64,000 nt of DNA from an uncultured Verrucomicrobiae bacterium. Lineage in GTDB: Bacteria; Verrucomicrobiota; Verrucomicrobiia; Limisphaerales; JAFGQR01. Positions 21,243-31,955 of this stretch are shown here, in pieces (the stretch's first letter is position 1; each line of letters starts with the position of its first letter). A program made the translations under genes and the position numbers. The notes below the pieces were generated by a model. That model was not told where the DNA came from, searched no databases, and was given only the letters and a program-made list of their open reading frames with translations. The stretch spans positions 96,001-160,000 of the forward strand of contig CAWBHS010000039.1 of assembly GCA_963788655.1 (NCBI GenBank), in the 5' to 3' direction.

Positions 21243-23832
21243 CAGATCTCGGTAAAAGTGCATGTTTGGCTGCTGAAGAGCCGCAGGTTCAATTCCGGGA
21301 AAACGGATGGTGGTAAGCTGGGTGGAGGGTAATCTCTGGGCGAGCGCGCAGGTGCTGAAGCGCGCACTCGATCATGAGCGCGACCTACACTGGGCAACTG
21401 ATTCTTGGGACTGACAAGCGTAATCCGCTGTTCACGGTTTACGCCCAAGAGGACGGGGAGGAGGCGCAACTGCACGTTTACTACGGGCTGGAGTTGCTGG
21501 AGGTGGTGTCAGCCGACCGCCACGAGCCCAGTTTCAAAATGCTGGTGGGGCGACTGTACAACGCGGGGGTAAGCGTGGGCGTACTCCAGCAAACCTTCCA
21601 CGCCGATGGCAAAACGATTCAGCGCTGGGGGCGAGCGTTGCGCAGTCGCAATGCCCAGGAGTTGATCCGCGTGCTGGAAGGTCGGCGGCGCAGCCGCAAA
21701 CTCAGTCCCGAGATCCAAGCCTACGTGCGGGTGCGCTGGCCGGACTTGGTGAGCCAGGGCCTTTACGGGATCGGCAAACGGCTGCGCCAAGAGATCCAGT
21801 CGGTGTTCGGGGTGACACTTTCCCAGGAGACGCTGCGCCCCCTGATGGGCGAGTTGAAGCGGCAAGCCGCTGCCAGCACCTCGCCGGTGCAACCGCAAGC
21901 CACAACCGCAGAGGGTCTCCCGCAGGACCGCCCAAAGGCTACTGAAGATCAAGCGCTTGACGTGGAGGGGCGGGAGAAGCCTTGCGGTTGTGCCGAGGAG
22001 GCGGGGGGAGCGGCGGCGCCCGTCTTGGAGGGGGTGCCAGCCGCGCCCCAGACCCTGTGGTGTGATCACCTTGGGGTGCTGATTTTCGCGCCGGTGTTGG
22101 TCGCCGTAGCGCAAGTCACCGAAACGGTCCAAGGCCTGTTCAAGCAGTGGCTGGCCAGTCTGCTGGTGGGGGCCTTGAACATCGAGCAAACCAAGTTCCT
22201 CAGTTGGCCCGACCTCTCCCGGCTCTTGGGATCGGTGGTCCGCTTTCCTTATCCGCAACGCCAGGAACTGGAACGGGTCGCCAACAGGGCGAACATAGAA
22301 GCGTTGGCGCGCTTCAATGCCCAGCAGCTCGGCGCCGACGCGCACTGCCAGTTCTACTTCGACCCGCACACCAAGCATTACACCGGACAACAGAACGTGC
22401 TGGAAGGTTGGTGTGCGGCCATCCGCTGGGCGGACAAAGCGGTGCACAGCGATTTCATCCACACGGTGGCGGGCGAGCCGCTTTACTTCGAAACCACGGA
22501 TAATTTCGCCGATCTGCGGCAGCGCTTTTTCGCCGTGGTGCAGCGTTGCCGCCAGGTGCTGAAGTGGCCCGCCGACCGGGTGCTCACTTTCGTGCTCGAC
22601 CGCGCCATTTTCGGGAAGGAGGTCTTCGAGAAGGTGTTGGCCGATCCGAAGCTGCACCTGATTACCTGGGAAAAAGGCTACGTGCGGCAAGACTGGCCGC
22701 CTCCCGGCGGGAGGAGCGGGGCGCTGGTGATCGAACGGGCGCGCAACCGGGCCGAGGATATTCGGGCCTATCATCTGGAATACTGGGACCGCCCCTGGCC
22801 GAAGGACCCGCGCTTGCGCCAACTGGTCGTGCAGGCGACTAATCCCCGCGGTCGCGTCATTCAAGTCGCGATCTTGACGGACGACCTGAGCAGCGCCGCC
22901 AGCGGGATTATCCGGCTGATGTTCAACCGCTGGGTACAAGAGAACGACTTCAAGTATCTGGACAAGCATTTTGGCATCAATCAGATCACCAGCTACGGCG
23001 TGACGGAGTACGCGGAGTTGCGCCAAGCGGTGCAGGATCGGCAGGTGCGCAGCGCCGAGCTCAAAGCGCTCCAGGAGCAGCGGCGCCAACTCCGGGCGCG
23101 GCAGAGCCGATTATTACTGCTGCAAAGCCAAGGCGAGCACGCGGACCAACAACGTGAGCAACGGATCCAAGCGCTGGAAAAGCAACCCGAGGCCGAGCCC
23201 GTCCAGAAGGAATTGGCCCGTTTGCGTCAGCGGCAGAGTCGGTGGCACAGCACGCGTTTGGTGCGTCAAGAACAGATCCGGAAGCTCAGCAAGGAGCTAG
23301 CGGAGCTGGAAATCAAGGCCCAGGCGGCGCAACAGACCGAGTCGCGCTTGGAGCGGCTGATTGCCGACAAGATGGTCCGCCTGGATCCGGAGAAAAAACG
23401 GTTGATGGATAGCCTGCGGATCATCGCGCGCAACATCTTCTACCGGGCGTTGCAGCCTTTCAAAAAGGCCTACAACAACTATCGGGATGACCACGATCAG
23501 TTCCGGCAACTGACCCAAGCCAGCGGCGTTTTAGAGCTGGGGGCCAAGCAGGTGGTGGTTCACCTGATGCCGCAGGTGGGTTATCCCCCGCAAGTACGGC
23601 GCATCATCGGCACGGTACTCGACGACCTCAACGCCCAGAAACCGGTGTTACCGGACGGTAGCGGTCGCCCCTTGAAGCTGCGCCTGGCCCAACGCAGTGA
23701 GATGAAACTCTCGATTCACCCCACCAGTTGACGTGGGCGGCTTGGTGGCGGGCCGCCCGCCGGCTGACGCCGGACGCCGGAAATGAACCTGCGGCTCTTT
23801 TCGCAGTACCGAGGCGCCTTTACTGAGGTCTG
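21243..23832 (+). mobile_element. Complete insertion sequence, 2590 bp
   Basis: 56-bp imperfect TIRs (21243-21298 and 23777-23832, 39/56 identical); direct repeat TCGGT at 21238-21242 and 23833-23837; single large ORF. Confidence 0.9.
21374..23731 (+). CDS. Putative DDE-type transposase, 785 aa
   Basis: Enclosed by TIRs; N-terminal HTH-like region; candidate triad FYFDPH / VLDRAIF / RWVQENDFK; long coiled coil. Confidence 0.8.
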   Translation: MSATYTGQLILGTDKRNPLFTVYAQEDGEEAQLHVYYGLELLEVVSADRHEPSFKMLVGRLYNAGVSVGVLQQTFHADGKTIQRWGRALRSRNAQELIRVLEGRRRSRKLSPEIQAYVRVRWPDLVSQGLYGIGKRLRQEIQSVFGVTLSQETLRPLMGELKRQAAASTSPVQPQATTAEGLPQDRPKATEDQALDVEGREKPCGCAEEAGGAAAPVLEGVPAAPQTLWCDHLGVLIFAPVLVAVAQVTETVQGLFKQWLASLLVGALNIEQTKFLSWPDLSRLLGSVVRFPYPQRQELERVANRANIEALARFNAQQLGADAHCQFYFDPHTKHYTGQQNVLEGWCAAIRWADKAVHSDFIHTVAGEPLYFETTDNFADLRQRFFAVVQRCRQVLKWPADRVLTFVLDRAIFGKEVFEKVLADPKLHLITWEKGYVRQDWPPPGGRSGALVIERARNRAEDIRAYHLEYWDRPWPKDPRLRQLVVQATNPRGRVIQVAILTDDLSSAASGIIRLMFNRWVQENDFKYLDKHFGINQITSYGVTEYAELRQAVQDRQVRSAELKALQEQRRQLRARQSRLLLLQSQGEHADQQREQRIQALEKQPEAEPVQKELARLRQRQSRWHSTRLVRQEQIRKLSKELAELEIKAQAAQQTESRLERLIADKMVRLDPEKKRLMDSLRIIARNIFYRALQPFKKAYNNYRDDHDQFRQLTQASGVLELGAKQVVVHLMPQVGYPPQVRRIIGTVLDDLNAQKPVLPDGSGRPLKLRLAQRSEMKLSIHPTS

Positions 23833-23891
23833 TCGGTTTTCGGCCTTTGTTGCGTTCCCGCTTGCTCCGCGACGGTCTTTCCGTTTCCAAT

Positions 23892-24548
23892 ATGTCCATG
23901 CAATCACGCGCGCAAATCTGCTCCGCCCTGACCGATCCTGGGATCATCGCCATCATCCGGGCCGATGATCCGGCCAAAGCGCTGCCCGCCTGCGAGGCGC
24001 TGTTGGCCGGGGGCGTTAAGGCCATTGAATTGACCCTGACCATTCCCAATGCCATCGCCGTGATTGGCGCCGTGGCGAAAGACTTGGGTGATCGCGCTTT
24101 GCTTGGTGCCGGCACGGTGCTCAATGCCGAAACCTGTCGGGCCGCCATTGATGCCGGAGCCCAATACATCGTTAGTCCCATCACGCGGCTCGAATTAATT
24201 GAGGCCGCACACGCGGCGGACAAGCCGGTGATGATCGGCGCCTACACGCCCACCGAAGCGCAGTCAGCCCACGAAGCGGGCGCGGATTTCATCAAAATCT
24301 TCCCCGCCGACAAACTCGGGCCTTCCTATATCAAGGCCCTTCGCGCCCCGTTGCCGCACTTGCGTCTCGTGCCCACCGGCGGCGTGGATTTGCAGACCGC
24401 CGCCGACTTCCTGAAAGCCGGCAGCGCTGCTTTGGGGGTGGGATCGTCGCTGGTTTCCGCCAACATTCTTCGGGAATCCAATTGGTCCGAATTGACCCGT
24501 CTGGCGAAGGCATTTGTGGTGGCGGTGAATTCCGCGCGGGCAACATAG
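23892..24548 (+). CDS. eda: KHG/KDPG aldolase
   Basis: IELTLT, GAGTVL, TPTE, IKIFPA, PTGGV. Confidence 0.9.
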   Translation: MSMQSRAQICSALTDPGIIAIIRADDPAKALPACEALLAGGVKAIELTLTIPNAIAVIGAVAKDLGDRALLGAGTVLNAETCRAAIDAGAQYIVSPITRLELIEAAHAADKPVMIGAYTPTEAQSAHEAGADFIKIFPADKLGPSYIKALRAPLPHLRLVPTGGVDLQTAADFLKAGSAALGVGSSLVSANILRESNWSELTRLAKAFVVAVNSARAT

Positions 24549-24554
24549 CGACGA

Positions 24555-25110
24555 TTACGGCAGAGCTAATTTGGCTTTCGAACCGCGCACAATGGTTTGC
24601 ACGACTTGCGGTTCGCCGGGATGATCGTAGCGGGCGACGATCTTTTGATAGAACTTTCGGGCTTCGGCGTGACCGTCCCGCGTCCCACAATAGATCCGCG
24701 GCAGATTTCAAAGCCATGATGATGTCCCAGCTTTGCTGCGGGTATTTTCGCTCGACGGCGGCGTAGAATCTAACGGCCGCGTTCAGGTTCGTCTGCGCGG
24801 CGCGAATATTCGCCAGGCTGCGCAGCGCTTGCGCTGCCCAGTAGGCTTGGTCGGGATACTTCTTGAGCAACAATTCGTAATCCGCGGCGGCTTGGTCCAG
24901 CAGTTTATGCCTGGCTTCACCTTTGGCTTCGGCGTAAGGAGCATGGTGAAGCTTGGTGGCTTGCTCGAACAGCGCCTGCGCGGCGGCAGCGCGTTGTTCC
25001 GGGGATTGTTGGTGCGAGGCGCAACCCGGCAGGGCCAAAGCCAGGAGCAGCCCAACAAGTGCAATGACGGATTGGCAATCAGCCGAGCTATCGGGTGACG
25101 TTGGTTCCAT
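24555..25110 (-). CDS. TPR-like lipoprotein, frameshift near 24670
   Basis: LALALPGC lipobox and TPR-like helices. Removing one T restores DAGRHAEARKFYQKIVARY...LALP-stop at 24555. Confidence 0.6.
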
Positions 25111-26542
25111 AGCGGGTAATCAGGCGGTAGGTAAAGTCTTCTTTGGCGTGAGGTTTGAGCGGCCGGAGGAACTTCACCGTGTCGGCATCGACTTTTTCGT
25201 ATTTGGTATCGGTCGCTAAATCCCAATCACCGGCCAAATTCCGTCGGATGTCCAGCACGACGGGAATGTCCTTTGAGTTCTGCACCTCGATCTTCCAGGT
25301 TTCCGTCGTCGTCCAGCCTTTGACGTTGCCGTGGTCGTCGAAAGCCATGTCGGTCTTCATCCAATCCATCAACGTGGGTTTAACCAGCACTTCTTGATCA
25401 TAGCCGAGTTCCAATTCCACGAACTCGTCGATCGGAATGTATTTCACGCTGGTGCTGCCCACAAACGAGTAGAGCTGATCGTCGGTTACGAATCGAAACG
25501 CTTTCACGGCCCCATCGGGCAACGGTTCCTTGCCGAGCTTGCTGGCGACCGAATTGGTGAAGCGATAATAACGCATGACCTGGTCTCCCCAGCGCTCCTT
25601 CTCGAACTTGTAGTAACTCGTGGTCGGCACTTCCGCGGCCTTGAAGGAAGGCAACCGCTTGGCCCAACCGGTGGGGATGGTGTCGCGTCCTTCCACGGTG
25701 TAGAGGAAGTATTCGGACAGGCTTTCTTTGACGATTTCTTTTGGGCGCCCCGCCATACCGCCGAGTGCTCCGCCAAAACGTCCGCGCAGTTCGACACCCA
25801 ACTGCGCTTTATCGCTGAGCACGCTGGACATGGGCATTTGCTTGGCTTCGTCCACCGGCAGGCCTTTTCGCGCCAGTTGCGCGATCTCTTCCACGAGGCG
25901 GATGACTCCCACCACCAGGCGAACCTGCGTGTTCTCGTAATCCTCGCCACTGTGATTGGTTACGCGTACCTGCCCGGCAAGCGCCATTGTTTTTTCATTT
26001 TGAGCGGCTTCCGCCACGTAGTCAGCAGCCCAACTGATGCCGCTGGTGAAGTAACGGATCTCCACGACCGCTTCTCCGGCAAACTCGCTGTGAATGCGCC
26101 ATTCCAAAGTATTGGCCACTCGAGGCGGAAAACTCACGTCCAACACGTCCACTTGGTCGGCGTGCGTTAATGCTTGGAACTCCACCGAAGTGGGATCAAT
26201 CAGCGTGTTGGCCCAGGAGAATTCAAGATGATTAAGCCCGCGGCGGAACGTCAAGGTTCGCGTCTCCTTGACCATGGTCAAATCGACCGAGTTGTAAATG
26301 GTGAGTTGCACCGAATCGCGACCGGGCAGCGTGACCACGTTGATACGCGCCGTCGCCGAAGGTGTCAGGAAAAACGTCAGCACCAAGCCAAGCGCGGCCG
26401 TCGCCAGCGAGTGCAAAGTGGACGGTTTCGTAAGGAAACCGGGAGCAGTTACTGCACGACGCTCTGCCCCGGCTGAATCGGCTGCCGGGCGAGCGCTGGC
26501 ACCAGGTCGTAAGACTTGAATCGATAATGGCCGCGTTTGCAT
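25088..26542 (-). CDS. DUF4139 domain protein
   Basis: VQLTIYN, ISWAADY, VTNHSGEDY, LSEYFLY motifs; start uncertain. Confidence 0.75.
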   Translation of the reverse strand: MQTRPLSIQVLRPGASARPAADSAGAERRAVTAPGFLTKPSTLHSLATAALGLVLTFFLTPSATARINVVTLPGRDSVQLTIYNSVDLTMVKETRTLTFRRGLNHLEFSWANTLIDPTSVEFQALTHADQVDVLDVSFPPRVANTLEWRIHSEFAGEAVVEIRYFTSGISWAADYVAEAAQNEKTMALAGQVRVTNHSGEDYENTQVRLVVGVIRLVEEIAQLARKGLPVDEAKQMPMSSVLSDKAQLGVELRGRFGGALGGMAGRPKEIVKESLSEYFLYTVEGRDTIPTGWAKRLPSFKAAEVPTTSYYKFEKERWGDQVMRYYRFTNSVASKLGKEPLPDGAVKAFRFVTDDQLYSFVGSTSVKYIPIDEFVELELGYDQEVLVKPTLMDWMKTDMAFDDHGNVKGWTTTETWKIEVQNSKDIPVVLDIRRNLAGDWDLATDTKYEKVDADTVKFLRPLKPHAKEDFTYRLITRYGTNVTR

Positions 26543-26643
26543 CACGTCGAGATTAGACGAAACCCACGGGGATATACTCCCTCCCCCCCGCCGCCCGCCA
26601 GTTCGCCCTTGCACTTTTTTCCGGGAACCGTGAGTTTCTGGCC

Positions 26644-27456
26644 ATGCAATTCGCCATCTGCAACGAGATTTTTAAGGACTGGAAACTGGAAGACGCCATG
26701 GTCTTTGCCCGAAAGGCCGGCTATGATGCCCTCGAGATCGCGCCGTTTACGATTGCCAAATACGTCACCGATATTCCCCCGTCGGAGCGCCAGCGTATTC
26801 GCGAAGCGGCGAAACATGCGGACCTGGCTATCAGCGGCATTCACTGGGTCTTGGTGCAGGCCGACGGCATGTATTTGAATTCCCCCGAACCGGACGTCCG
26901 GAAACGTTCGGCCCAATATTTTTGCGAACTTGTCAATTTCTGCGCCGACTTGGGCGGGCGCGTTATCGTGGTCGGATCACCCAAGCAACGCAACGTTACT
27001 GAAGGCACCACGCCCGCGCAGGCGTGGGATTGGGCGAAGGAAACGTTTGAACCATCCATTCGCCTGGCCCAGGAACGCGGCGTGACGATCTGTCTGGAAC
27101 CGCTGGCCCCGGCGGAAACCAATTTTATCAACACCGCGGCCGAGGCTGTTCGTTTCATGCAACAATTCCAGACGCCCAGTTTCAAGATTATTCTCAACGT
27201 CAAGGCAATGTGTTCGGAGGGCAAACCGATCCCGCAAATCATCAAGGAATCGTGGCCGCACTTCGCCTATTTCCACGCCAACGACGCCAATCTCAAGGGA
27301 CCCGGATTTGGCGACGTGGACTTCAAGCCCATTGCCGCCGCGCTGCGGGAGGTGGGTTACGACGACACGGTGTCGGTGGAAGTGTTTAATTTTGAAGAGG
27401 GCGCCGAAGTCATCGCCCGCCAAAGCATCGCCTATTTGAAACAGGCTTTCGCTTGA
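26644..27456 (+). CDS. Sugar phosphate isomerase/epimerase (xylose-isomerase-like TIM barrel)
   Basis: CLEPL, YFHAND, GPGFG, VSVEVF. Confidence 0.88.
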   Translation: MQFAICNEIFKDWKLEDAMVFARKAGYDALEIAPFTIAKYVTDIPPSERQRIREAAKHADLAISGIHWVLVQADGMYLNSPEPDVRKRSAQYFCELVNFCADLGGRVIVVGSPKQRNVTEGTTPAQAWDWAKETFEPSIRLAQERGVTICLEPLAPAETNFINTAAEAVRFMQQFQTPSFKIILNVKAMCSEGKPIPQIIKESWPHFAYFHANDANLKGPGFGDVDFKPIAAALREVGYDDTVSVEVFNFEEGAEVIARQSIAYLKQAFA

Positions 27457-27565
27457 GGTCGAGTGTTGATCTGGACGTGGCGCTAACGCGCCTTCAATCC
27501 GCGCCAATCAGATCCGGGCGCTGGCAGCGAATCTGGACGGCTCCCAAGTCGAACAGTCCACGCCC

Positions 27566-27755
27566 GCCGTATCCCTTCAGTAGCTGGAGTCGCGATGACG
27601 CGATTCGTCGCGGTAGGACAGGCGTCTCGCCTGTCTCGAATAGCCAAGCACATCCTCACCTTTTGGTGACCTGGAATGACTTCTGCGCAGCGGTGCAACT
27701 CAATGGTCTGCAGTCGTTCGAGACCGGCGGGACGCCTGTCCTACTGAATAGTCAC
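27566..27755. repeat. ~190-bp REPIN/MITE-like element, copy 1
   Basis: Similar along its whole length to 33838-34028; inner inverted pair gtaggacaggcgtc/gacgcctgtcctac. Confidence 0.85.
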
Positions 27756-28464
27756 GGCTTAACCGCGGACGAGGAAGACGTTCGCAATGCCTCTCCACCA
27801 TGTTCCGCGTCCTCACGTCGTCTACGGCTTCTCGGTCCTTTAATCGGGTGGCAACGATCCGGGCTGAACGCTGAAGAACAAAGCCCGAGATTCGAGGCAC
27901 ATTGACCGGAGGCGGATCGAAACGGGCGCTTTTATTCTGGAATCGGGCTTCAAATTTCTTTTGGATTTCCAATTTCGGCTTTCGGGCTATTCATCTCTGC
28001 CCTGGTGGCGAATAAGTTTCCGGATTTTCATCTTGCATTTTTCCGGACATGTTCAAGAATCCAAATGATGATTGTCAGCAAACATTATTAATGCGCTTGC
28101 GACCGTCCAACTCAAATGCGTATCAGATTTGTAGAAATCCGCGCGAAGGTGACCACGAGGGGATCGCTGTTGGGAAATTGATTTTTGCAGCACGAAGTTG
28201 TCCCGTTTCGTATCCACAGCCCTAGCACCTCGGGCTTGCGCGATGACGGCAACTCGTGCTGCTTCCTGTGAAATGGACCTGTCGGCCTCAGGGGGCGGGC
28301 AGGTTCATTCCGTTTCCGGCGCAAGTTGGGGTGGCATGAAACACGTCAGCACCATTCGAGCGAAAAACAGGGCGGTGTCTGGAAGCGGATTGGACGGAAT
28401 GAGCTGTTGCCAGTTCCTGGCTGAACGGTTTAGGCTGACAACTTAACGAGTCCTTGCGCAGAAA

Positions 28465-29601
28465 ATGCAGCATGAGAAAACCATTGTTTTCCGATCGAGA
28501 CGGAAGCGACGCTTCTGGTGGGGAGGGCTCACTCTGGCGGTCTTGACGGTTGCCGGCGGATGGCTGGCGGTTGCGGTCGAAGTGCCGGCAAACACTTTAG
28601 TTGGGCTTCCATCCAAGCCCGCGCCGCTGACCGGACATGATAGGGCGGGCGCCTTGACGAATTGTCCGACGGCCCTGGTCCTCCACCAAGCAGTCCTGGA
28701 AGGGTATTGCCGGGACGATGTGGATTTGGACGACGTGGATGCTTACTTCTGGCACGTATTCTCGAAATTGCCCGCCGAGGTCCGAGTGTATCCTTCGGAG
28801 AATTACTATTATTTTACCGACCACATCGCGGGCCGGGAAGTGCGGGGGAATATCCGTCTGGCGGCGGGACAACGGGAGCAGGGCAGCTTGTCGTTTTGGT
28901 ATGCGGAGACGGGCGAGCCCGCCTCTGCGGGGGGGCGCCGGTTGGTCGGATCCAAGGATTTTTCCCGAACCGACGGCGTGCAATTGCAAGCGCGCAACCA
29001 TTTCACCTGGGTGGTGACGTGGCGCAACCGGTCGGTCACGTTTCATTTGCACCGGTTACCCCAAGCGCCGCCGCGGCTTTTCCGGTTGCGGCCCCGTGAA
29101 GTGTTTGTGATGCGGACATTCGATGAATCGGGACTCCAGTTCTTTCTCTTGTTCAACACCAACGCGAACTACTTCTTCTGGGTGCTCAATGAGGAAGCCC
29201 CCGTTCCGGAGCATTTTGACCAACTGGCGCCGGATCTCCTGGTGGGGCGGCGGACTGGTTTTGCGTTCTGGGTGGATGGGAACGACTCACCTCGCAAAGT
29301 GCTTGCCGCCGTTCGCCGGGACCGCGTCGCCCGCAACGAGGAGGATGACGGTCCCTTTGACCAACTGGCCGACAATTACGCCCACCAAACGCACGTTGCC
29401 CAATGGATGGAGCGTGCGCAACCGTCGCTTAAAGGGCGCATCGACCAATACGGTTATTACACGGACACGCATCCGCCCACCCGGGTGGCCTTGGCTAATT
29501 ACGGGACCTACACCACTCCGGCAACACTGATCCAATTCATGGAACGAGCCAAGACTTCGGCAGATCCCTGCCAATTCATCTCGCGCGGGGGCGGGCTGTA
29601 A
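28465..29601 (+). CDS. Hypothetical exported or membrane-anchored protein
   Basis: 378-aa ORF with N-terminal hydrophobic segment; motifs VYPSENYYYF and DGPFDQLADN; family not recognised. Confidence 0.75.
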   Translation: MQHEKTIVFRSRRKRRFWWGGLTLAVLTVAGGWLAVAVEVPANTLVGLPSKPAPLTGHDRAGALTNCPTALVLHQAVLEGYCRDDVDLDDVDAYFWHVFSKLPAEVRVYPSENYYYFTDHIAGREVRGNIRLAAGQREQGSLSFWYAETGEPASAGGRRLVGSKDFSRTDGVQLQARNHFTWVVTWRNRSVTFHLHRLPQAPPRLFRLRPREVFVMRTFDESGLQFFLLFNTNANYFFWVLNEEAPVPEHFDQLAPDLLVGRRTGFAFWVDGNDSPRKVLAAVRRDRVARNEEDDGPFDQLADNYAHQTHVAQWMERAQPSLKGRIDQYGYYTDTHPPTRVALANYGTYTTPATLIQFMERAKTSADPCQFISRGGGL

Positions 29602-29609
29602 GTTCGAAT

Positions 29610-31541
29610 TCACCATCCACCGTCCGATGTGTGTGCCGGTAAGGCGCCATCGAATTCGCCATGTTGGTCGAGACACCCCGCGGTGGCTTTGAGTTTTGTC
29701 GCATCTACAACCTGCGCTTTGGGTGTGGACTTGGTCCAAATCCATCCGGAAAAAATCATGTTAGCCGCGCCCTTTGGCGGCGTCGGATAATGCTGCTCAA
29801 TGGCCGCCTTCGCCCCGGACGTTCCTTTGAGAATAAACGCGCCCGGCCCTTGAGGCAGCGTGAACCGCTCCCCCGCCTTTAGGGCCAGGTTGGATACGAT
29901 CACGCCGGTTAACGGATGGAACACTTTGAACCGCAGTGAGCGCCGCGCTTCGAGCATCACACCATCGGGAAGAATCCCCATGGGAAAGCACACGAACTCA
30001 TTGCCCGTGGTGCTGCCGATGTTGCGGTGGCAACCGTTCGTCGCGCCGTTTACGTCGGGCCAGTAGCGGTTGGGCTGGCCGTTGCAATATACGGTGAACG
30101 GGGCGCCAGGTTCCAATCCATCGTTGCGGGTCCAACTGGCTACGTCGGGCGGCAGGATTTGGCGAATGTGTTGATACGCATTGATCCCGGCGGTGTCTTC
30201 GAAACGAACCTCCTCACCCGTGGGCGGACAACATCGGCTGTATCCAGTCACACCGGCGCGCGAGTGGTACACATAGGCCGGCAGATTCGCCAGGTAAGCA
30301 AAAACGGCCGCGGCGCACAGCTTGATCGGATCATCCTCCGAACTGACCGACGAGCCCGCCCCGATCGGCTCGTTGCTGCTCACGGGCGGCACGCCCGGCA
30401 AGTGGCCGGCCCGATACGCATCACGTACCGGCAGCCAGCCGCCTTCCGCGGTCCGCGTGTCCCGGCTGAAGTGAACGGTGGCCAGGTCTGCCGCGCTGCC
30501 GTGGTACAAGCCGATGATGCCTTCGTTGCTCGTGTCGGCGTACGAAGTGATGGCCACCAAAACGCGCGTGCGGTCGGCCAGGTATTGCGTGAACGCGCGC
30601 AAGTCCGCGATCCCCGATGCCCCAGGAAAGCCGTTTTGCCAGGCCTCGTTCGCTACTTCCAAGTGGATGAGGCACGACTCCCGTCCGGTGAGGTTTGCCA
30701 GGATCCCGTGGAGATGCGATTGCCGGTTGGCGCGCGACGGCATTACGTATTGTGCGTCGGCGAAAATGGTCACCTCGGCGCGCAGGCCGTGTTGCGCCAC
30801 CAGGTCGAGCAGGTCACGGAACTGTTGCCAGTAATCCGGCCAGGCCGGGATCACGCGTCCGCCCCGGTTGGTAAAGGTGACCGGCGCAATTTCGAGTCCG
30901 TCCCAACTCACCATGCTGAGAACGCGCACGTAGTTGAAACCTTTCGCCGCCAGCAACGTCAAGTTGTGGTTCAATCGTGCGCGGTCGTATTTGGCATGGC
31001 GCAAGGCTTGGAAGTATGAAACGCCCAGTCCGAGGAACGGTCCGGTTTCGTCGTAGAGTGAATTGCCATTCAGTCGAACCAGATTGGTGCTGCTCGCCGG
31101 ATTCCAGACCTTGACGTTGCTGAATACAGCGCCAATCGGCGCACCGGCTGAAGGATCGCGTCGCGGACTTGCGGCGATGCGCACGCTATGGCCTGCGCGT
31201 TGCTCGTTGGGAGCCAGGCCACGCACATCAAACTCGGCGGCACCCTTGCTGAGGGCCGGGATGTGCCGGTAGATGGTGTCGTTATTCCCCGTGACCTGCC
31301 AGCCGTCAGCGACCGATGCAGCCCCCGAACGTGTGCTGGTGGTGGGATCCTGCAAGGGATCGTTCAGCACCACTGCTCCGTGTCCCGCTTGCAGCCAAGC
31401 CAGCGCGCAAAGACACGCGCCATACCGGGTCACGAACGGCCGGTGAAACTGACCGGTCCACGCCCGTGCGCCGGCCATCGCCCTGAGCCAAAGGCAGGGG
31501 GTGAGACTCGATTTCTTCGGAACAACGATTGTGGTATTCAT
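29610..31541 (-). CDS. Hypothetical secreted protein with glycoside-hydrolase-like (clan A-type) TIM barrel
   Basis: GFNYVRV, HLEVANEAW (candidate acid/base), SSNEPIG (candidate nucleophile); start placed at MNTTIVV. Confidence 0.55.
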   Translation of the reverse strand: MNTTIVVPKKSSLTPCLWLRAMAGARAWTGQFHRPFVTRYGACLCALAWLQAGHGAVVLNDPLQDPTTSTRSGAASVADGWQVTGNNDTIYRHIPALSKGAAEFDVRGLAPNEQRAGHSVRIAASPRRDPSAGAPIGAVFSNVKVWNPASSTNLVRLNGNSLYDETGPFLGLGVSYFQALRHAKYDRARLNHNLTLLAAKGFNYVRVLSMVSWDGLEIAPVTFTNRGGRVIPAWPDYWQQFRDLLDLVAQHGLRAEVTIFADAQYVMPSRANRQSHLHGILANLTGRESCLIHLEVANEAWQNGFPGASGIADLRAFTQYLADRTRVLVAITSYADTSNEGIIGLYHGSAADLATVHFSRDTRTAEGGWLPVRDAYRAGHLPGVPPVSSNEPIGAGSSVSSEDDPIKLCAAAVFAYLANLPAYVYHSRAGVTGYSRCCPPTGEEVRFEDTAGINAYQHIRQILPPDVASWTRNDGLEPGAPFTVYCNGQPNRYWPDVNGATNGCHRNIGSTTGNEFVCFPMGILPDGVMLEARRSLRFKVFHPLTGVIVSNLALKAGERFTLPQGPGAFILKGTSGAKAAIEQHYPTPPKGAANMIFSGWIWTKSTPKAQVVDATKLKATAGCLDQHGEFDGALPAHTSDGGW

Positions 31542-31955
31542 CTGTTTTTCGGTTCTGCTCGCCCGCCGGGACGTACGGAAAAGCTGCCGCAACTCCTCCA
31601 CTTGGCGTCCGATTCCGCTTCGACCAACCGCGAAATTCACCCGTCGGCTGGAAGGGAAACAGCATAAAGTCGAACGTTCCCCAAGTGAACATAAAACTCT
31701 CGCGACCTCCACCGGCCGGAAATGATGTGAGGATTGATCAGGCGCAACAAACAGTCGCCGAATGCCCGCAAGGCATGGTGGCAACCGAGTCAAGCGCGCG
31801 GCGCCTTTTGGAAGCGGCAGGGGAACCGGTAGCGATTCCCTGTTCGGGCAAGCCGGGGTGGCGCAAGCTTTCGTGGAACGTGCCGGCAAATTGTCCGGCC
31901 TCAGCCACCGGGCCGGCTTGTGTTCCGTTCGTCTTCGGTGTATCCAACCAACCGT

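Noticed and set aside
28135..28265. tRNA, ZTP/c-di-GMP riboswitch or hammerhead ribozyme
   Set aside because: No cloverleaf or T-loop, and the diagnostic conserved cores could not be matched by eye; kept only as an unassigned hairpin.
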